This document shows positions 1 through 12,149 of a DNA stretch of 64,000 nt, piece after piece. The notes under the pieces were generated by a model, which searched no databases, had not been told where the DNA came from, and worked only from the letters and a program-made list of their open reading frames with translations. Source of the DNA: Callorhinchus milii. Taxonomy: Eukaryota. Where the stretch lies: the NCBI RefSeq assembly GCF_018977255.1, contig NW_024704743.1, positions 13,022,001-13,086,000 of the forward strand, given 5' to 3'. How positions within the stretch are numbered: the stretch's first letter is position 1; each line of letters opens with the position of its first letter. The position numbers and the translations under genes were made by a program.

Positions 1-189
1 CTTTTCCATCCCTAACACCAATTGTAGGACCCTAACCGCTAATTCAATGATCAGCTAACCTTCCAGGGTACGTGGCTTACTGCTGCTCTTTCCAAAAGAA
101 ACCCTTATAATACCTTCATTTCTGCTCGCTACGTTTACCCAAAATACAAACCGAAGGGAGAAAAGAGGAAAATAAATAAAGCAATTTCT

Positions 190-735
190 GTCAACAAAGA
201 ACTCATTTGATCATGTTTATTCTAGAGAGATAGTTTCCCTGGATGTAAACCTACTCCCTTGCACATGAAAGAATTGGTCATGTGCCAAGACCACAAAATG
301 GATACAATAAATATAAATGAGTATACAATCTACGCCTGTACACAGAAACACTGCCCCATAGCCATAGAAATTTACATTATCAGTGCAACATGTAGTTTCT
401 TTCTTACTATGACACCACACATTGTAATTTTTAAAAAAAAATCATTTAGTAAGCACAAGCGACTACTTTTCATATATTTTATAGTCTGTACAATTCCTAA
501 ACGAGAAACTTGAAAGGCACAATTGTCTATACAACATGTACAAAAATGGCTGGAGCGGACGAGAAAAAAAAGACATTGTTCATCTTATAAGTTGGTCTTA
601 AGTTTACGATTGCACAAACATGAATATCTATATCAGAAAGTGTGCTTTCAGGAAAAGAGTTTGTACAGTTAAAAAACATTAATTGTTTGTTTTTTAAATG
701 TCAAGTGATAGCATGAAAAGGTCCTGCTGAAATCT
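190..735 (-). other. HIVEP1: HIVEP1 3' UTR (left end approximate)
   Basis: AT-rich, repeat-free sequence between the stop codon and the AATAAA at 216-221. Confidence 0.7.
216..221 (-). terminator. Polyadenylation signal AATAAA
   Basis: tttatt on the + strand about 515 nt after the stop, followed on the minus strand by U/GU-rich sequence (~150-200). Confidence 0.65.
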
Positions 736-1884
736 TCATGTTGCTATTACTAGTCTGTCCTCATCATCACTGCTGACATCACTGTATTGTACAGTGACTC
801 GTCGCTGGGTAGTTCCCACAGGCTTCGATACAATTCTTTCTGGGGAAGCAGCCTGGCGGACTGGAGACTTGGTCACTTCTGCAGAGTATCCCTTTAAGCC
901 TTGCCCTGTGTCAGAGTCTGTTGTGGCAGATTTGTTATTGTGTGGCTGACGATGGCTGGTTTTGCTGATTCCATCGGCTTGAGACCTTTGCCTTTCTCCG
1001 GTTTTATGTGGCTGTCCGTGTTCCGAGGCGACAGAAGTGTCTGACACGTCCTTGGGACAACAAGCTTGAATTCGAGGAGAAACCTGAGGGGATAATGTGC
1101 AGGTTATCTGGCTAACGTGAACTGTAACAGGAAGGCTAATGGGAATCTGTTCTGACCTTGTTTGACAAAGTTTGTTGGTAAAATGAGTCTCAGTACTTTG
1201 ACCCATTTCTCCCAACATTGATGGCATAAAAGCTGGTGGTGCCATGTTCAGTATTTGTGCTCCTGGGCTAGGGGTACTTCGATTCTGTGGGTTGGTGGTT
1301 AGCATTTGAAGGCCAACAGAGTTAAGTGCAAGGCCTGAAGGGTTTATCTGTGGACCGAGATTTGAACTCGATAAAATGTTTAATGTCTCCAGGCCCAAAG
1401 GCTCAACAGTTTGTAAACTTGAGGTGTTCATACTGTGCAAACCACACACACTGACTTGGCCAAAAGGAATACATGGCAAAACTGTATTCATCTCCGAAAC
1501 ACCTAAAGATTTGGCCGTGGCCTCTGTTTGCAGGGCCTCGTCGCAGGAAGGGCTTGTTGTCCTGTGGATAACACTGACAGCAGGGATGGTGAGCTGCACT
1601 GGTCCAGCCTGGATGGGTACAAATGTAGAGTAAGCAGCTAGGCCAGCAGGAACTAATTGTATGCCCCCTACTGGCACCATGCTGTATGGCATTCTGCTCT
1701 GCTGTCGGGAATGAAGGGGGAGGTGGCTGAAGATGTTCATTGGTGGCTCCTCATCTGATACCTCGTACTGTAGCCCCACAGACTTGCGGGAGCTGGAGGC
1801 AGGAGAGAGAGATGCTGTCAGAGGATCATTAGTCCAAGCCGACCCTAGTTGCGGATGTGGCGACAGGCGGATTGAGCATGGTAC
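736..1884 (-). CDS. HIVEP1: HIVEP1 last coding exon VPCSIRLSP...FSHLPLHSRQQSRMPYSMVPVGGIQLVPAG...SSDDEDRLVIAT*
   Basis: Within ORF 736..1971. Acceptor ttgttctcag|GTA (phase 0). FSHLPLHS and the C-terminal DDEDRLVIAT are characteristic of HIVEP1. TGA stop at 736-738. Confidence 0.94.
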   Translation of the reverse strand, partial: VPCSIRLSPHPQLGSAWTNDPLTASLSPASSSRKSVGLQYEVSDEEPPMNIFSHLPLHSRQQSRMPYSMVPVGGIQLVPAGLAAYSTFVPIQAGPVQLTIPAVSVIHRTTSPSCDEALQTEATAKSLGVSEMNTVLPCIPFGQVSVCGLHSMNTSSLQTVEPLGLETLNILSSSNLGPQINPSGLALNSVGLQMLTTNPQNRSTPSPGAQILNMAPPAFMPSMLGEMGQSTETHFTNKLCQTRSEQIPISLPVTVHVSQITCTLSPQVSPRIQACCPKDVSDTSVASEHGQPHKTGERQRSQADGISKTSHRQPHNNKSATTDSDTGQGLKGYSAEVTKSPVRQAASPERIVSKPVGTTQRRVTVQYSDVSSDDEDRLVIAT

Positions 1885-2083
1885 CTGAGAACAAACAGAG
1901 ACAAACATTACATTTCCACAAAGATAATAACAATACTGGCATTCGATATATACTGGCATTCGATATAGCACCTTATCATGTCGTCAAGACATCTCAAAGT
2001 GCTTCACAGGATTTCAACTACAAAATGTAGTGATTGCTGTGTGCAAATTAGTTCCATGTTTGCCTACAAATACAACCATGAAA

Positions 2084-2207
2084 TGACGAAGGGTCATGGA
2101 CCCGAAACGTTGACTGACTTTCCTTTCTCCATAGATGCTGCTTGACCTGTTCCCAGAGACTTCTGTTTTTGTTTCAGATTGCCAGCATCCTGCAGTATTT
2201 TGCATTT
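2084..2207 (+). mobile_element. Second copy of the Penelope-like, hammerhead-like short repeat
   Basis: tgacgaagggtcatggacccgaaacgttgac...catagatgctgcttgacc...ttcagattgccagcatcctgcagtattttg, collinear with 33923-34057. Confidence 0.75.
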
Positions 2208-2906
2208 TATGAAATGAATGTCTAATTTTATCTGGGAGATTGTTGGCCAGGACACAGCAAGACACTCCTCTTTTTAAGTAGTGCCATGGGATCTTTAATG
2301 CCACATGAACAGGCAGGTGTGACCCCGGTTTAATGTCTCACGCAAAGGACGGCACCTCTGGCAATGCAGGGCACGCCTAAATGCAAGGATTATTATTATT
2401 ATTCCTACTCTTCAAACGAGTGTCTTTCAATGGTTCTTGCTTTCTTAAAGCTTGGGACAGAGTGTCAAATGAAGATAACTTGTTTAGAAGTATATCACCC
2501 AATTTGTTAGGAATTTTAAGCTTTTAATTCAGATAAAATTCTGGGGTCTAATTTGCGATATTTCTTAATAGGGTTCTTTCGTAAGGAACCAAGTATGTAA
2601 AGGGATGAGTTCCAGTAATTGTGAGCATGTCTCACTATCCAGCAGAAGCTATGCTCTAATATGATCCACTCCCAGAAAAGAGTTCCCATAGATTGGCAGG
2701 AATTCTAACAAGATTCCACATGCAATTTTATGACAACATAATACAAATTAAATGTCAATATTTGGTTCTAATACAATATTTTACTAAGATAATACATTTG
2801 CTTAAACTAAAGTGTAAAGTCTACCATACAACAAACCAGCAGTTACTTAAAATAGCCAGAGCTTTTGAGTTGGACAAGGTTACATTTCCTGACATAGACC
2901 ACATAC

Positions 2907-3397
2907 CTTTGGACCGATATTTTCCTGCTGTCTGTTAGGTGAGAGCAGGTGGCTGGGAGAGCTGTGATCATCCTCAGACATTGTATCTCTAGCTGCAGGG
3001 GAAGTCTTTGGGTTGCTGTTCTCTTCTTCAGTGAGACGCTGATGGATTGAGTCAGTTTTTGATTTCAGTTTGCTGGTTCCAGGATCCGTAGCAATCTGTG
3101 TGAACCAAGCATCAGGCAGCACCTCCAAGCTAGCAGTATGCAGTGCAATGGGCGCCTTTGCTATCCTCACCACATCTTCAATTAAAGAGGCAGAGGCAGC
3201 GTTCAGTGTATCAAGCTGGTGATCATGTCTCTGTATGTGGTGCTGAGGACTAGCTGTGACTGAAGGACTGGCTGAGAGTCCAGTTTCCCCTTGGCTGTCT
3301 TCATCATCATCCTCTACGTCATTGTCATCCTCATCCTGACCATCCGAGTCCTCGCCATCCGAATAGGGACGATCATATCCAGCTTTACTTCTATCAC
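2907..3397 (-). CDS. HIVEP1: HIVEP1 penultimate exon with the acidic tract (DGEDSDGQDEDDNDVEDDDEDSQ...SPSVTASPQH); 491 nt
   Basis: Within ORF 2880..3446. Acceptor ccttttccag|GT (phase 1), donor AAG|gtatgt (phase 0). Confidence 0.92.
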
Positions 3398-3899
3398 CTG
3401 GAAAAGGAGAAGAAAAAGTAGTAAAGTAGTCATGTACATTGAGCAAAACTGAAAACAGTATCCAGTGTTTGAATTCAAAAACTTTTTCAAATGTGGTAAA
3501 CTAAAATCCTCTTATACGAGGCCCCCCTTATAATTTGCTTATAATGTGGGTTCTGCTCAATAAACCCACATTTGACTTGGAAAAACAGACCGGCTGCCTT
3601 GCCAACATTAGAAAATGTCCATCTTTGGGCTGATCAGGTCACTACTGACATTATTTACTGTAAGTGCACAGTGTGTAGGAAGTGAGATCAGCAGTGAACT
3701 GATGACCTGTAAGTCGGCCATTTTTAGCATAGCCAACTTCTTGTGTACTGACCGACTTCCTGTACACATACCCAGTGAGGTCAGCAGGTGATGAGTGACA
3801 TGATGTGGGAGTCCTGATCACGAACGCTTCCTGCTAGAAGATGGCTTAAGTACAAAAAATACCTGACCTGTGGGTCATACTGTCACCGTGAGTGTCACT

Positions 3900-4052
3900 G
3901 CTGAATTAGGTAAGCAGGATGTGTCCCTGTGGGGAAAGAGAGTGCGCATTCCATTCCAACACATAGGAATTTTCACGTGTAGGTGCACACGTATCAAACT
4001 CTGTCTGGTCTAGATACTAGCATAATGATGGATTTATTTATGTGTCACACAC
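3900..4052 (+). mobile_element. 3'-terminal fragment of the same unclassified family
   Basis: gaattaggtaagcaggatgtgtccc...gcattccattccaac...tgtgtcacac, collinear with 13763-13920. Confidence 0.55.
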
Positions 4053-4329
4053 TAGTCTGACCAAATGAAAACCTGACAGAACAGGTTTGATGGCTGAATG
4101 CCCTCCTTCTGCTCATTTTTTCATACAATTCTAATAAGCTTTATGTGATATCTCTGTATAAACATTCACTTTTGGTCCTGAAGACGCCGTCGAATACCAT
4201 CCAGTTTCCACAAGAATCAGTATACATGATGATCTGTCCATTTAGAAGAGAAATCATTACAAAACATTTTATGAACCAATCCTCTATAACACTTCTTTAA
4301 GTATAGTAGGAGTTTGTGCAGCCTAGGCC

Positions 4330-5135
4330 TGGTCCACGGTATTGGACTTGGAGCCTGAGAACATGGAGGTGGCTGGCAAGTCACAAGCTGTCCCGTAAAG
4401 ATCTTCCCACCCCGCTGAAGGCAAATGTCTGACAGATAGCTGATGAGGCAACTCTTGGGACGACAGCTGCTGGAAAGCGTTACCTGGAGTCTGAGTTCAT
4501 ACATTCAGTGCCTAGAATCCACCTTGATTGGCCCGCAGAGAGGTAAGCACCTGCTGCTTAAACTTCATACTTCCAACTGGTTGAACGATCGCTCAACATG
4601 TGTCCGAGCTGCGGACAGGAAAATGGTGGCAATGCTATCATGCATTTCACGTTGAGCTGTACTGTCCACCAGGAAGCTCATAGGGAGTTCTTGGTACCTA
4701 CCATCCATCTACTGAAGGCTCAAGCCCGCACTTGTCAGATGTCAAATGACCAACCAGTGATTATCCTCCGGGGGGGGGGGGGGGGGGGGGTGGGGAGAGC
4801 TAAATGGGGTCTCCTTGGAGCTGAACTGACTCCAAGGTGACATGTTTGGCAACAAAATGTCAGAATCAATCCTCTATAACACTTCTTTAAGTATAGTAGG
4901 AGTTTGTGCAGTCTACTGTCTCGGTAGTCCGGTTGCTGAGCCAGGCAGGTCCGCAGTATTCCAGGGTTCTGCGGCTAACAGCACAGCCTGGCTCATTGGT
5001 AGTACTTCGAAGGGCAGACCAGTCACTGGAGGCAGGGACTCTTCCCACTCAACTCGCATTATCCCTGCAAGCCAAAGCCTTAATAAGTAGTAAGGTGGTC
5101 CTAGCTGGACAAGCAGTGGGAAAGCTTGCTAGACG
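4330..5135 (+). mobile_element. 3' end of an unclassified non-LTR retrotransposon: C-terminal CCHC region plus long 3' UTR
   Basis: KHLLLKLHTSN (KLHTSN at 4560-4577), then frameshifted CPSCGQENGGNAIMHFTLSC (4601-4660). The downstream 4760-5135 is the reverse complement of ~24180-24450. Confidence 0.6.
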
Positions 5136-6644
5136 GGTATAGTACAGCAACATGGATTTAGTTGAAATAGACTACAGCCAGGAAATATTGGCCATTGTTA
5201 AGTGTAAAAGAAGGGTGGAAGCATATAAGAGAATCCATAGGTCGCGTGTATTTTAGTCACTGTTATTACAGGATTAAGGAGATGGAATTAAGGAGATGGA
5301 ATTAACTGCAGTTTTATCAAATGCATCCCTAGTCATGTTAACACTCAAATCTGTTCAGTAAACACATTTGGTAAAACGGATTTAGACACAGACCAAATAT
5401 GAATCAGGAATGTTCGAAATAAGACTAAAAAATACTGACACACAGTCCATTAGTCAGTGTATTATGCTATGATCATATCCACTAACATGCAAAACTTTTT
5501 AAAAAAACAAAGGTTTTCCTTTAACATTTTATGGCAGGAAATGGCTTTGTAAATTGTTATGCATCACTGCAGACACTGAGGCTGGTGACAATACAATGGG
5601 TTATATTACCAAGGCAAACGAGCAAAAAACAAAACAGACAAGTAATTCATCACAAATGGTATTAACCTTTCATAGACTGCGTGTCTGAATTAATCACCAT
5701 GATAAGAAGTAATCCCATCAGATCATGGGAGACTAGACAAGAATACCAATTGAACACATCTAAAACTGCTCCAATTCTCATTCTGCTTTTACTCTGGTCA
5801 CTGAAGTAAATACAAGTTTGCAAAGCTTTAACAAAAAGAGTGATTGATTGCAAACTTAATAAAGTTAACAAGGAGACTTCAAAAACATGCTAATCACAGC
5901 ACACCCACCGAATGATTGCAATTTCTTAATTCCTCTCTAACCCCACCCACCTGTGAGAGAAGAAAAATTAGAGATTAAAAATCTGAAATTACTCTGGAGA
6001 CTAGAATAGTAGCATTCATTTCTACAAGAAGCACATGTTTAACTGTTACTTTCCCTTACTAGTTTTCTAAAATTGTCTCTTTTGTCATTTGTTTTTCAAA
6101 TGTGTTGCTCTTCCTTCTCCCCCAACATGACAGCTGCTTGTGTTTAGAGACAAAATAATTTCACACAGTGGTCCTTTGCTTTGATCTTCTGAGCTAACTG
6201 AAACCCAAGATGCATTTGATTTCTGGTTGACTGACTCAAGATTGAGATGTTACATCTTTCTGTCTGAAGGTAGCATTCACTTTCTCTCCAACACAGAATC
6301 TCAAAGGATAATCAGCACTGCGTGAAACCAACCTTTATAAAGAAATAATTCAAAAAGTAAAAGTATGGTGTAACATGCTTAAAGTTCCTAAAGTTGTAAC
6401 AAAATAATCTGTTATAATGGCCAGTCTCTTATTTTCTATCATTTTGAAGACAATTATTAGAAGGGTATGGGGGGGGGGGGGGGGAAATAGATGGGTGGAG
6501 GCTCATGTGGCATATAGAGACCAGCATATAGAAAACTACTGGGACTGAATGGCCTGTTGTGATGCTGTAGATACTATGCATGTAGCATAGCCAGGGCTTT
6601 CACATTGGTAAAAACGCTTTCCTGCAACTCCAGATTCTCAGCAG

Positions 6645-6815
6645 ATAATAATCCTTGCATTTGAAATAGCGCTTTTCACGTCGGGAGGACGTCCCGAAGC
6701 GCTTCACAGAACACACTGTAAAGTGAATTGCCTGTACATTTGTGGGCGAACGCGGCAGCCAATTGCGCACAGCAATGTCCCACAAACAGTCGTAGATTGA
6801 AAATGATCAATTTAT
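6645..6815 (-). mobile_element. Deu-SINE 3' half
   Basis: Near-identical to 7720-7885. Confidence 0.85.
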
Positions 6816-7708
6816 TATTGTTTTTGATATAACCTGAGGTTATGATAATTTGTGTATTTATCAATGATTAACCCCTTTGAATCTGTACTACATCAAGAGA
6901 AGTACAAGCTAAATCCCTGCGATTCAATACTGTGGAAACAAAAAAAGCCAGATTAAATCCAGATAATCTCTAACATCAGCAAAGAGTGGCCTTATTTTGT
7001 CTTCCTGACAATCAGTCAAATATCCTTTGCAGATAAAATTTAATGTTCTATTCTCTATCTGACCCTTTTCTTTTCTTATTTTGAAGGCATTGCAGCCCCT
7101 TTGCCCTTTAGACATTAACTCAATCTTTGGACAAACAAAGTACATTTCCCAAGGCTTTACGGTACACACTGCTTGTTTAACCTTTTTCTTCTCTTTGACA
7201 CAACATGGCTCGATCTGGGACTTGGGCAAGGTTCACTGCTAATTGTTGCCCTTCTGACCTCAACAAGACCCAATGACAACAGGTGTTGGCAGGTGTATTA
7301 TCAGCTACCGGTACTTCTGCTGTTAACTGAAGATCAAAGTGTTTTTTTTGTTCTCAGACTCCATTCCTAATACGATACAAATAGCAGCTTTTAAAACTAA
7401 ACTAGAAAGATTCATGATGCAATGAATGGAGCTTTTCAATTCATAATACTATGCTGACACCAATTTCTTCAATAGCAAGACAGACTGCTTGTTTTTAAAA
7501 TGTCACATTGTTTTAACAATTGGAAAGTTTTGTTTTCAAAAAAATTGTTTGCATGAAATAAATCATAATTCAAAAGGTTTCTTATATTTACAAAAGATAT
7601 TGCCAAATTATTTTCCGTTACATAGATTGTTAAACTTGGAATCTATGCACCTCAACCAATGCAAAACAAATATTTCTACTTCTGATTGTTATGATCTGTG
7701 GCCATTAT

Positions 7709-8030
7709 AATAATAATAATAATAATCCTTGCATTTGATATAGCGCTTTTCACGTCAGGAGGACGTCCCAAAGCGCTTCACAGAACACACTGTAAAGTGA
7801 ATTGACTGTATATTTGTGGGCGAACGCGGCAGCCAATTGCGCACAGCAATGTCCCACAAACAGTCGTAGATTGAAAATGACCAATTTTATTATTGTTTTT
7901 GGTTTTTGGAGGGATTATTATTAGGCGTGTGGAGTAAGGAAACTTGCCCAAGGTTTCGCCCTGCCTGGAATTGAACTCAGGTCTCTCACTTGCAAAGCGA
8001 GTGCTCTAACCACTGAGCTACAGGACTCCA
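7709..8030 (-). mobile_element. Full-length tRNA-derived SINE with Deu domain and L2-type tail
   Basis: Head ggagtcctgtagctcagtggttagagc...gagttcaattcc (A/B boxes), Deu-like ctgtttgtgggacattgctgtgcgcaattggctgccgcg, tail gcgctatatcaaatgcaagg(att)n. Confidence 0.9.
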
Positions 8031-8351
8031 CATTCTTCATTCATCAGTTCAGTAAGAATTCAAGATGATAAAAACATCACTGATCTGCACAGCATTTCCT
8101 GGAAGGTTTAAAAGGTCCAGACTGAAATGAGATTGGAGTCTAAAACGTGCAATTTTCAAACAGGATTCCTTAAGTAAGATCCAAGAGTGAATGTCTTCTG
8201 ATAACAAGTCACACACATCACACCAACTTTCGGAAAAATTCCAAAAGTAGATTGGGTCGGAGGGAGTTGCTGCCACATATTCAAATTCCTACCATTTTGC
8301 TGGGATTTAGACCCTATTTGTGTTGAGTTATAAAATACAAACCCATATATT

Positions 8352-8718
8352 ATAATAATCCTTGCATTTGATATAGCGCCTTATCATGACTTTGAGACAT
8401 CTCAAAGCACTTCACAGAATATACTGTAAAGTGAATTGATTGTACATTTTGTGGACGAAACCTGGCAGCCAATTGTGCACAGAAGTGTTCACAAACAGGT
8501 GTGGATAGAGTGACCATTATTTTTATTTATTTTCAAGGAATTATTACCCCCGGAAAAGCGATCCGCCAATTGACTAACAACCGGATTCATACTTACTGCT
8601 AGGTAAACAGAGGCATGTGGAGTAAGGAAACTTGCTCAACGTTTCTCCCTGCCGGGAATCAAACCCAGGTCTCTCGCTTGCGAGGCAAGTCCTCTAATCA
8701 CTGAACAACAGGACTCCA
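8352..8718 (-). mobile_element. Full-length Deu-SINE, long variant
   Basis: Same head, Deu domain and tail, plus a ~60-bp central segment (ccccggaaaagcgatccgcc...cttactgctaggtaaacagagg). Confidence 0.88.
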
Positions 8719-9154
8719 TCTTATATCATGGTGGGCATGTCTGATAGGTGGTCTACATTAAGAGCTTGCTTTATGTATCCAACAAGAAAGCCACAGGGGA
8801 GGGAAGTAAGGAGAATGCTGCATTTTCAACCCACACCCACACCATATGGATGTAAATATTGAATTTTAACAAGCTTTCTGTTGGCACTTTCTCTCAGATG
8901 TCTAAGTTAATCAACACAGTTAGATGGGGATCACATTAATAAGCATTTCAATACAATTGATCTTGATTGCTCACTGCTACCTTCTAGTGGACTATTCTGC
9001 AGCCCCCACTACATAATGCCAGTAACAGCTTTGGCTTCTCTCCAAGGGCAAATGTCAGGTAGACGGCACTGGGTGGATTCACAAATTAGAACATTTTTAT
9101 AACAAGAGCAAAAAAACCGAGCTGGAATTATCCTAGATAATTATTTGGGGAGGA

Positions 9155-9285
9155 CAAGTTTGTAGGGCTATGGGGAGAGAGCAGGGGAGTGGGATTGAAT
9201 TGGATAGCTCTTTTCAAAGAGCTGCACAGACACAATGGGCCGAATGGTCTCCTTCTGTGCTGTATAATTCAATGATTCTATGATT
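9155..9285 (+). mobile_element. CR1-clade LINE 3' tail
   Basis: gggctatggggagagagcagg...atgggccgaatggtctccttctgtgctgta...atgattctatgatt tail repeats. Confidence 0.7.
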
Positions 9286-11307
9286 ATAGCACTTCCACCC
9301 CCACACAGTGGTTCCCAAATATTACAACAAATATTAATTTCAGGTCTACCCTGCAAAAAAAAACCTAATGGCATATTTTGTCTTTGTTTTAAAATGTTTA
9401 ATTGTCTTGATCTAATAAGAACGACTATCCATCTATTAAGGGAGGAGGGGGCAATTATATTTGCCATAAGAGAATGAATGCCCTTTGAGTAGCAACTTTA
9501 ATTATGAATGGAAGGAGTTATTTTTGCTGCAACACATAGCCAGCAATCTGCGGTAAAAGGACCCTCTTATATTATTCAAGGAATTCTCTGAAATGATGGG
9601 CTATTTTGTCCCTCTGGAGGTAGTGTGGGAGGAATAAGTTCACTTTCAGCTCAGTCACTCATAGGAGGCATTATACAGCTCTGGGTAGCTAATTAGACAA
9701 GAACATGCCAGACTGTAAATTAATGGCAAATGTCAACTACCTAAACAGCAATGTTAAGGTGGTTGATAGCACCATCATGCAGAGTAATAACTGATACCCA
9801 ATTAACTGTGAACTTGGTTTGCAATATTTATATTTTCGTAACAATATTCATCATCTATTCTGCCAACAGGAGAAGAAAAGGAAATCAGCAATATCAATAT
9901 TTATGAAGAAGGGAATGCTATATATAAATAATGGTGATGTGAGAATCTGATTTTGCGTGTTAAAAGAAAAGTCTTAAGATAAGTCTCCCCTGGCTGCTAC
10001 AATAAACCAGGAAATGAAACTACAAAACGCCACATATTATGTCAAACTGCACTGAATGAACACAATTTCGATTGATGGTAAAAGACAAGTGTTGTAGCTT
10101 TCACACCAAAACAAACAATAGTTTGAACGCACTATGAAAACTTCAAAGCTAGAACTGGTAGGTTAGAGAAGATTAGATTTATGAGGTATCGCCAGAGTCT
10201 AAAATCTGTGCGCTCTACTGCATCAGGAAAACCTGGATTAGAATAATCCAGTGACAATACATTAGCAAAGCAAATTCATTCTGGGTACGCTGCGAACACT
10301 TGCAGCCAAAGTCTGTGTTCCGGTGATTCTTTAATAGAAATATTCTCAGGCTACATATAGGATCATTAGTTGGGTTTTAAAATTAGCATGTAGGTTTAGC
10401 ACAACTTTACCATGGGAGATTTAGGTTTCCTTAAACCAGTGTAAGATGATCAGGATTTAAATTAATAATGCTATCAATGCGATGGTGATGCTACGAGGGT
10501 TGCACTATAACATGCAACCCTTCACAATAGACCATCAATCAATCACAAGTTCCACATTAGTGGTTAAGAAAGCTTGCTGAGATACAAATCCTTGTAGCTG
10601 CACCAGTGTGTCGTATTACATTTTGCACCTGGCTCTCAGGCAGTTAATACACACTGACCACAAATATTCAGATTCCCGACATTGAAGCCTAACACTGGAC
10701 TGACAGGCTGCATTCCAGCAATCAAAGACAGAGTAAGGATTGTCTTTAACAGGAACTGTGAAATGAAAGGTATTTGCTAAAGCTTCACTAATTTGAAATC
10801 TTAATCTAAACAGCGTTGTTAGTTGCTAATCTCCTAAACAAGTTGTATACTCCATGTAACTCAACACCAAATCAAGAATCAATGCTTTGTAAAAAATTAT
10901 TAAGCTGTTTTTTGTTGAAGAGGATGAGCGGTTTACTAGATCAAAGCCACTTTAATTCTCTTCCATAGTTTTACCTTTAAGAACACTGGCTGAAAATGTG
11001 AGATTGTGCAGAATTTTTAAAAATTCTTAAATTCAGTCATAATTTAGAAGTGAATTTCTTTCCATAATCAATTTTGGCAGTTTTGCTCTATTTGTAATAG
11101 AATCATATTTTCCAGCACATATGCACAGCACACTGTCCCCGATGCAAGATTATTAATTATTAATTTTTCCAACATGGTTGAGATAGGATTTGAAATTGCA
11201 CTGGAATACTATGCATAATGCTGATTAATAATAATAATTATTTCAAGCGATATGACGCCTTTTCACGCAGGAGGATGTCTCGAAGAGATTCACAGGATTT
11301 AAAGTGT

Positions 11308-11821
11308 AGTGACTGTGTATTTTATAGGTGAATTAATAGGGGATGTGAAAGGGAGCGTGGCAGACAAGCTTCAACTGCTAATTACAAAACAATGAAATCG
11401 GATCCATGTAGTGATAATGGCATTTCAATTTGGAAACCTTGCTAATTGATTTTGTGTTCATCTCATTGACACTCAATAGAATTACTCACACGTTTTTTTC
11501 CAGCCTCTTCAAGGTCAATGGTGATAAATTACCTAGAGTTGTATTTCGGAAAAACACCAGCACACCCAACACAACATTCTCCCTATGAGATCAGGAAGTA
11601 TTAAGTGTGGAAGAGAATAAGCTTTTCAATATTAAAGAGCTTGTCCCCCCCACTTTCCTGCTGCCCCAGCCTTTCTGTCTTCTCCACCACCAGCACCTTG
11701 GACAGGGCTGGTTTAAAATACTATCATCCCATTTCATTGTTTTGTAATTAGCAGTTGAAGCTCGTCTGCCATGCTCCCTTTCACATCCCCTATTAATTTA
11801 CCTATAAATTACGCAGGCACT
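11308..11821. repeat. ~96-bp inverted repeat (11308-11403 / 11726-11821) with a ~320-bp spacer
   Basis: The arms are reverse complements with only a few mismatches. Confidence 0.9.
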
Positions 11822-12149
11822 GAATATCTGAACTTGATGATTACTGGCAGTCATGGAATAAATCACAACTGGATTTAGTGCAGTCAACATACCATTAATT
11901 AAAAGGTATCTTGTATATAATAAAAATAAACTTACAATTTGTCCTAATTATTATAAATGTATCTGAATAAAGGATCAACTTAAGATATTGAACAGAAAAC
12001 AATCACGGCAACTTGTGCTGTTCCAATCAAAAAAATGCACAGGTAATGCATACCTGACTAAATAATATCATTTGGGGTCAGTGTGACACATACCGTGCTT
12101 AAAAGTACCCAAACCAGACTGTGAGTTTCACATACTGTATGTTTGCTTA

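Noticed and set aside
1885..1971. N-terminal extension of the 411-aa ORF
   Set aside because: Intron sequence plus a SINE tail upstream of the acceptor.
4440..4482. CTGATGAG...GAAA as another hammerhead
   Set aside because: No convincing stem II or III, and it lies inside a decayed coding region.
4770..4790. Poly-G tracts (also ~6468, ~24568) as functional G-quadruplexes
   Set aside because: Simple homopolymers, at least partly repeat-derived; no evidence of function.
7960..8030. tRNA-like sequences (also at 15167, 31212, 40230, 59610)
   Set aside because: They are SINE heads continuous with SINE bodies, not tRNA genes.
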